From Prochlorococcus marinus str. NATL2A (lineage in GTDB: Bacteria; Cyanobacteriota; Cyanobacteriia; PCC-6307; Cyanobiaceae): a DNA stretch of 32,000 nt. The notes under the pieces are model-generated. The model ran no database searches and had not been told where the DNA came from. It saw nothing but the letters and a program-made list of their open reading frames with translations. The stretch covers positions 1,350,001-1,382,000 of the forward strand of contig NC_007335.2 in assembly GCF_000012465.1 (NCBI RefSeq). The letters run 5' to 3'. Positions 27,138-32,000 of this stretch are shown piece by piece. Every line of letters starts with the position of its first letter. Position 1 is the stretch's first letter. Both the position numbers and the translations under genes were made by a program.

Positions 27138-28529
27138 ATGACAACAGTTCAGCTCCAAAAAACAAATCAACCTTCAATTAAGGCATCAAGAGGTAGCTAT
27201 TGGATTACAACTTTTGGATGTCAAATGAACAAAGCTGACTCAGAAAGGATGTCAGGAATACTTGAATATATGGGTTATTACCCTGCAGAAGAAGAACTTA
27301 AGGCAGATTTAGTTCTTTACAACACATGTACTATTCGCGATAGTGCAGAGCAAAAAGTTTATAGCTACCTCGGAAGACAGGCAATAAGAAAAAGATCATT
27401 ACCAAATCTAAAAATTGTCGTTGCAGGTTGCTTGGCACAACAAGAAGGAGAATCTCTTTTAAGGCGAGTCCCAGAAATAGATCTTCTAATGGGACCTCAA
27501 CATTGCAATCGTCTAGAAAGTTTGCTCAATCAAGTTGATAGTGGTCAACAAGTTCTTGCTACTGAAGAACAATTTATACTTGAGGACATAACAACTCCAA
27601 GAAGAGATAGCTCCATTTGCGGATGGGTAAATATTATTTACGGATGTAATGAGCGTTGTACTTATTGTGTGGTTCCTTCTGTGAGAGGAAAAGAGCAATC
27701 AAGAACACCAGAAGCTATTAAATCAGAAGTTGAGGATTTAGCAAAAAGTGGTTATAAAGAAATAACTCTTCTGGGACAGAATATAGATGCTTATGGCAGA
27801 GACTTTCAAAGTCAAAATAAAGAAGATTCTGCACAAGTAACACTATCTTATTTATTAAAGTATATTCATGATATTGAAGGGATTGAACGTATTAGATTTG
27901 CAACGAGTCATCCTCGCTACTTTACTAAGGAATTAATAGATACTTGCTCAGAACTGCCAAAAGTCTGCGAACACTTTCACATCCCATTTCAAAGTGGAAG
28001 TAATAAGATTCTGAAAAATATGGGGCGAGGCTATACAATTGAAAGCTATAAAAATATTATTAATTACATCAAGGCAAAAATACCTAAAGCAGCAATTAGT
28101 GGGGATGCAATCGTAGCTTTTCCAGGCGAAAGTGAAACGGATTATGAACAAACTTTATCATTAATCGATGAAATAAAATTTGATCACGTCAATACAGCCG
28201 CATACTCTCCTAGACCAAATACTCCAGCAGCAACATGGCCTAGACAATTAAACGAAGATATAAAAGTAAAGAGACTTAGAGAAATAAATAGTTTGGTTGA
28301 AAATATAGCTAAAGAAAGAAATCAAAGATATAAAAATACATCTCAAGAAATACTTATTGAGAATATTAATCCAAAAGATAGTTTTCAATTAATGGGTCGA
28401 ACACGTACAAACCGTCTCACTTTTTTCCCAAGATCATTAAAAAATGGAGTAGAAAACAAACTCGGTGAACTTATCAAGGTAAAGATTACTGATGTTCGTC
28501 CTTTTTCATTAACAGCCAAATTACTTTGA
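27138..28529 (+). CDS. miaB: tRNA-2-methylthio-N6-dimethylallyladenosine synthase
   Basis: UPF0004 N domain ([12 protein letters not shown]), radical-SAM [11 protein letters not shown], and a C-terminal TRAM domain. Confidence 0.93.
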   Translation: MTTVQLQKTNQPSIKASRGSYWITTFGCQMNKADSERMSGILEYMGYYPAEEELKADLVLYNTCTIRDSAEQKVYSYLGRQAIRKRSLPNLKIVVAGCLAQQEGESLLRRVPEIDLLMGPQHCNRLESLLNQVDSGQQVLATEEQFILEDITTPRRDSSICGWVNIIYGCNERCTYCVVPSVRGKEQSRTPEAIKSEVEDLAKSGYKEITLLGQNIDAYGRDFQSQNKEDSAQVTLSYLLKYIHDIEGIERIRFATSHPRYFTKELIDTCSELPKVCEHFHIPFQSGSNKILKNMGRGYTIESYKNIINYIKAKIPKAAISGDAIVAFPGESETDYEQTLSLIDEIKFDHVNTAAYSPRPNTPAATWPRQLNEDIKVKRLREINSLVENIAKERNQRYKNTSQEILIENINPKDSFQLMGRTRTNRLTFFPRSLKNGVENKLGELIKVKITDVRPFSLTAKLL

Positions 28530-28583
28530 AAAGATCTTACATATCAAAATTGATACATAATTAAAAAAATAAATTCATTAAGT

Positions 28584-29630
28584 ATGTTTTCAAATAAACA
28601 AGTTATAGGAGTTGTTTTTGGAGGTAAATCTAGTGAGCATGAAGTCTCTATAAAATCCGCGAAAACTATTTACAATGCTTTAAGATATTTAAGTAATAAG
28701 GAACGTTATATAGCAAGACCAATTTATATTGATAAGTACGGTTATTGGCATGACTATATATTTTCAGAATCCATTTTATTTGATAAAAAAGATCATTTAA
28801 TCTTTGAAGAAAGAAGAATTAATCTTACTAATTTATCAAACATGGAAGATATTGATGTCTGGTTCCCTTGCCTTCATGGACCAAATGGAGAGGATGGTGT
28901 AATCCAAGGACTGTTTAAATCAACTGGAAAACCATTTGTAGGCTCGGGTGTTCTCGGGTCCGCATTAGGTATGGATAAAATAGCAATGAAATCAGTATTT
29001 AAATCATATAATTTACCTCAAGTTCCTTATATAAGCTTAAACAAACCTGATATCCAAAATAATTTATATATGAAATCTATTTATGAACAAATAAATAAAA
29101 TAATTAGTTATCCTTGTTTTATTAAACCTGCAAATCTAGGTTCTTCTGTCGGCATAACAAAAGCATACTCAAAAGAAGAATTTATTGCTGGAATAGAATT
29201 TGCTGCAAAATATGATGAGAGAATTATAGTGGAAAAAAGTATAGAAGGAAGAGAACTTGAATGCGGTATTTTAGGAAAATCAATCATGAAGTCATCTGTT
29301 GTTGGGGAAGTTAAATTTCAAACTGATTGGTATACATATGAGTCTAAATATAATGCGAATCTAAGCAGTACAATTATCCCAGCTGATTTGAATATAGAGA
29401 TATCCAATAAGATACAAAAACTAGCTATCGAGGCCTGTAAAGCTATTAATGCTTATGGTTTAGCAAGAGTCGATTTTTTTTATCAAGAGAGCACGCAACA
29501 GATTTATATAAATGAAGTAAACACCTTGCCAGGATTCACTAAAACAAGCATGTACCCGACATTGTGGGAAGCTTCTGGATTAAAACTAGAAAAACTTGTT
29601 GCTAATCTCATAGAAATAGCTAAAGAATGA
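28584..29630 (+). CDS. ddl: D-alanine--D-alanine ligase
   Basis: VVFGGKSSEHEVS, HGPNGEDGVIQGL, ATP-grasp core (KPANLGSSVGI, VEKSIEGRELECGIL, EVNTLPGFT). Confidence 0.93.
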   Translation: MFSNKQVIGVVFGGKSSEHEVSIKSAKTIYNALRYLSNKERYIARPIYIDKYGYWHDYIFSESILFDKKDHLIFEERRINLTNLSNMEDIDVWFPCLHGPNGEDGVIQGLFKSTGKPFVGSGVLGSALGMDKIAMKSVFKSYNLPQVPYISLNKPDIQNNLYMKSIYEQINKIISYPCFIKPANLGSSVGITKAYSKEEFIAGIEFAAKYDERIIVEKSIEGRELECGILGKSIMKSSVVGEVKFQTDWYTYESKYNANLSSTIIPADLNIEISNKIQKLAIEACKAINAYGLARVDFFYQESTQQIYINEVNTLPGFTKTSMYPTLWEASGLKLEKLVANLIEIAKE

Positions 29631-29666
29631 ATTAACCATGACATTTTTAGATATCTTTCTCAAAAA

Positions 29667-30077
29667 ATGATTCACGGTCTCCTTTGGTTGCCATTACTAA
29701 TGGCTTTTATCCTCATAGCATCCCTTGGATGGATAGAGAGAAGGCGACAGAATCTCTACTTGGTTTGGGCTAAAGGTTCTGAGCTAGCCAAGCTTGATGG
29801 GACAGGAGCTGCTCGATTAAAAGCTGGCATTTTATGCTGGAGCAGCTTTGAGGCTGGCAGCTTTAAGGAGGAAGCAACTTTCGAAGTTAAGAAATTAGAA
29901 ATGGTTGAGCTGATGGCTCTCAGCTCAGGCGAAGCACCTTTAACAAAAGAATCTGAAGGACGTTGCCGATTAAGACTTGTTGGTTCAGGGAGAGAAATAG
30001 ATGTGCCTTTTTCAGATGCTGAGCGTGCTCGTCAATGGATGGAAAAACTTATGTCCAGAGCAAGATGCGACCTTTGA
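29667..30077 (+). CDS. hypothetical small membrane-anchored protein (136 aa) in the ddl-ftsQ-ftsZ cluster
   Basis: N-terminal TM helix (LLWLPLLMAFILIASLGWI) followed by RRRQ and a soluble domain. G+C is about 44% in a hand-counted 120-nt sample, versus about 28% (ddl) and about 25% (ftsQ) next door. The 3' end overlaps ftsQ. Confidence 0.65.
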   Translation: MIHGLLWLPLLMAFILIASLGWIERRRQNLYLVWAKGSELAKLDGTGAARLKAGILCWSSFEAGSFKEEATFEVKKLEMVELMALSSGEAPLTKESEGRCRLRLVGSGREIDVPFSDAERARQWMEKLMSRARCDL

Positions 30078-30895
30078 AATCACATAAAAGAAAAAAAATA
30101 ACATCACATGAAAACAATCGAATATCAACTGAAAAAGTCTCGTTTATCACTCAAAATAAAAAATTTTTAACTGAACTTTGGCAATTACTTTTTTTTACTA
30201 GCACTTCAACTTTTCTAATTCTTACATTTTTAAACCAAGCTTGGAAACCAATAAGTTTTGATCAAACTAAAATCACAGGTTTATCTGGAATAACAAAAAA
30301 CGATATCAAAAAAACCACCACGATTTTTTATCCTAAAAATCTGTTGGAATTAAACCCAAAAGAAGTTGAATCTTATTTAATAAAAAAGTTTCCTATCAAA
30401 GGAGTTTCAGTAAGCCGAAAGTTTTTCCCTCCCGAAATTCACATAAATGTTTTAGAAAGAGAGCCCATCGCATTTGCAAGTCGAGGTTTTTCAAAAGATA
30501 GTGAAAAAGGAATGATTGATATTGAAGGATCTTGGATACCACTTCAATTTGTAAATAAATCAAAGCAAAATAAAATAAAGTTATCTATTGAAAATTGGAA
30601 TCCAAATAAAAAAAAAGAAGTTTTTCTAATCATAAAAAATAGATTTATTTTTCAAAGCCCTCTTGAAAAAATCAAAATAAATCCTCTTCAGGAAATCAGC
30701 CTAAAAACCGAGCACTTCGATTTAGTCCTTTTAGGATCAGGAACTGATCGCTTAATCGAGCAAATCAACAAACTCAACCAGCTACAAAAATCGTTGCCAA
30801 ATCTTTTAATCAACACAAAAGTAAAAATCGTGGATCTGAAAGATCCAACCAAACCAGAATTAAAAGTAGAAAGAATATTGAACGATGAAGGGTGA
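30065..30895 (+). CDS. ftsQ: cell division protein FtsQ
   Basis: Basic cytoplasmic N-terminus, one TM helix (LWQLLFFTSTSTFLILTFL), and a POTRA-like segment (ISFDQTKITGLSGITKNDIKK...LNPKEVESYLIKKFPIKGVSVSRKFFPPEIHINVLEREPIA). The tracked ORF opens at ATG 30035. ATG 30065 gives the shorter 13-nt overlap with the upstream gene. The start is uncertain. Confidence 0.8.
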   Translation: MRPLKSHKRKKITSHENNRISTEKVSFITQNKKFLTELWQLLFFTSTSTFLILTFLNQAWKPISFDQTKITGLSGITKNDIKKTTTIFYPKNLLELNPKEVESYLIKKFPIKGVSVSRKFFPPEIHINVLEREPIAFASRGFSKDSEKGMIDIEGSWIPLQFVNKSKQNKIKLSIENWNPNKKKEVFLIIKNRFIFQSPLEKIKINPLQEISLKTEHFDLVLLGSGTDRLIEQINKLNQLQKSLPNLLINTKVKIVDLKDPTKPELKVERILNDEG

Positions 30896-30939
30896 AACCC
30901 TTGCTATAACATGACTATTTAAAGATCTTCAATATATCT

Positions 30940-30960
30940 AGGTCAATTCAAGGTCAATCA
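30940..30960 (+). repeat. tandem direct repeat AGGTCAATTCA / AGGTCAATCA in the ftsQ-ftsZ intergenic region
   Basis: Two adjacent copies, with the 8-nt core AGGTCAAT at 30940-30947 and 30951-30958 (11-nt phasing), 93-113 nt upstream of the ftsZ ATG. Confidence 0.6.
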
Positions 30961-31052
30961 TGGAAATTAATTTGTAAATCAATTTGAACCTATAAGCCAA
31001 CAGAATTCATGGATGATGTTCATAATGCCCAAAACGAGTTCTAATCCTGAAT

Positions 31053-32000
31053 ATGGTGATGGGAATGGGAAACAAATCTAGTTTCAACATGGACGAAGGA
31101 ATCCTACCCAGTCAATCTGCACGTATTGAGGTCATTGGCGTTGGGGGTGGTGGAAGTAATGCCGTCAACCGAATGATTAATAGTGACCTTGATGGAGTCA
31201 CATATCGGGTGCTTAACACAGACGCTCAAGCTCTCATACAATCATCCGCTACTCATAGAGTCCAGCTTGGCCAAAGTTTAACTAGAGGTCTTGGGGCTGG
31301 GGGCAATCCAAGTATTGGGCAAAAGGCAGCAGAAGAATCGAGAGCCGATCTTCAACAAGCCTTAGAAGGAGTAGACCTAGTATTTATTGCCGCTGGTATG
31401 GGAGGAGGTACCGGGACTGGAGCAGCCCCTGTAGTAGCTCAAGTTGCGAAAGAAAGTGGAGCTTTAACAGTAGGAATAGTTACAAAACCATTTAGTTTTG
31501 AAGGTAAGCGTCGTTTAAGACAAGCTGACGAAGGTATAGCAAGGCTTGCAGAGAATGTTGATACTTTAATTGTTATCCCAAACGACAGATTAAAAGACGT
31601 AATTTCAGGAGCCCCTTTGCAAGAAGCCTTCAGAAGTGCTGATGATGTTCTTATGAAAGGAGTTCAAGGAATAAGCGACATAATTACTTGTCCTGGTTTG
31701 GTGAATGTGGATTTTGCTGATGTGCGTTCTGTTATGACTGAAGCTGGTACTGCGCTTTTAGGCATTGGTTTAGGCTCTGGAAGGTCAAGAGCTTTGGAAG
31801 CAGCTCAAGCAGCAATCAATAGTCCTCTTTTAGAAGCAGCTCGAATAGATGGCGCAAAAGGATGTGTGATAAATATAACTGGAGGAAAAGATATGACTCT
31901 TGAAGATATGACATCTGCTTCTGAGGTCATATCCGATGTTGTAGATCCAGAAGCAAATATCATCGTTGGTACAGTTGTTGACGAAAAACTTGAGGGAGAG
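31053..32000 (+). CDS. ftsZ: cell division protein FtsZ (5' part; continues beyond the window)
   Basis: Hand translation: [42 protein letters not shown]...[18 protein letters not shown]...[17 protein letters not shown]...; the tubulin signature GGGTGTG is present. Alternative starts lie at 31059 and 31065. Confidence 0.93.
   Translation, partial: MVMGMGNKSSFNMDEGILPSQSARIEVIGVGGGGSNAVNRMINSDLDGVTYRVLNTDAQALIQSSATHRVQLGQSLTRGLGAGGNPSIGQKAAEESRADLQQALEGVDLVFIAAGMGGGTGTGAAPVVAQVAKESGALTVGIVTKPFSFEGKRRLRQADEGIARLAENVDTLIVIPNDRLKDVISGAPLQEAFRSADDVLMKGVQGISDIITCPGLVNVDFADVRSVMTEAGTALLGIGLGSGRSRALEAAQAAINSPLLEAARIDGAKGCVINITGGKDMTLEDMTSASEVISDVVDPEANIIVGTVVDEKLEGE

Noticed and set aside
28530-28583. 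TATCAAAATTGATA palindrome after miaB
   Set aside because: It has 6-bp A/T-rich arms with an essentially absent loop. It is weak as an RNA hairpin and indistinguishable from chance in AT-rich DNA.
1-32000. Search for CRISPR arrays, IS elements or transposases, integrases, phage genes, toxin-antitoxin or restriction/defence genes, and rRNA
   Set aside because: Every ORF longer than about 100 aa has a housekeeping assignment or is one of the two small hypotheticals. I saw no long repeats or spacer-repeat periodicity. The window appears to be syntenic core genome rather than an accessory island.

Overview
This is a dense, AT-rich stretch of core genome; almost all of it is coding by the coordinates below. 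It looks like a marine picocyanobacterium of the Prochlorococcus type. That is an inference from gene content: Ni-superoxide dismutase sodN with its sodX protease, a ZipN/Ftn2 (ARC6-like) division protein, a sigma-70 family factor, a ddl-orf-ftsQ-ftsZ cluster, and very low G+C in weakly conserved genes. I cannot name the strain. I call 30 protein-coding genes or segments: ispF, trmD, era, phoH, rpsP, ffh, zipN, pdhA, a sigma factor, nnr, mnmA, lnt, an FKBP isomerase, sodN, sodX, trpC, lpdA, a SpoU-type methyltransferase, murA, argD, folC, an FAD-linked oxidase, a CodA-like amidohydrolase, miaB, ddl, ftsQ, ftsZ, a BI-1/YccA-like membrane protein and two hypotheticals. I also call two tRNAs (Leu-CAA, His-GTG), one clear bidirectional intrinsic terminator, and a few hairpins and short repeats. 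I saw no rRNA, CRISPR array, transposase or integrase, phage genes or recognisable defence genes. Both tRNAs sit between housekeeping genes, not next to an island. I therefore do not find a large novel multi-gene system here. The unusual things are small in scale. (1) TrmD and IspF lie in one uninterrupted reading frame. (2) sodN is bracketed by two perfect 10-11 bp hairpins, one with a consensus TTGACA at its centre, and sodX must start inside sodN. (3) tRNA-Leu is wedged between murA and argD, only 8 nt before the argD start. (4) An uncharacterised 136-aa membrane protein, with much higher G+C than its neighbours, is coupled to ftsQ. (5) A tandem 10-11 nt direct repeat lies upstream of ftsZ. 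(6) A translationally coupled amidohydrolase and FAD-oxidase pair has unknown function. All calls come from reading the sequence and the ORF track by eye; no searches or folding programs were run.
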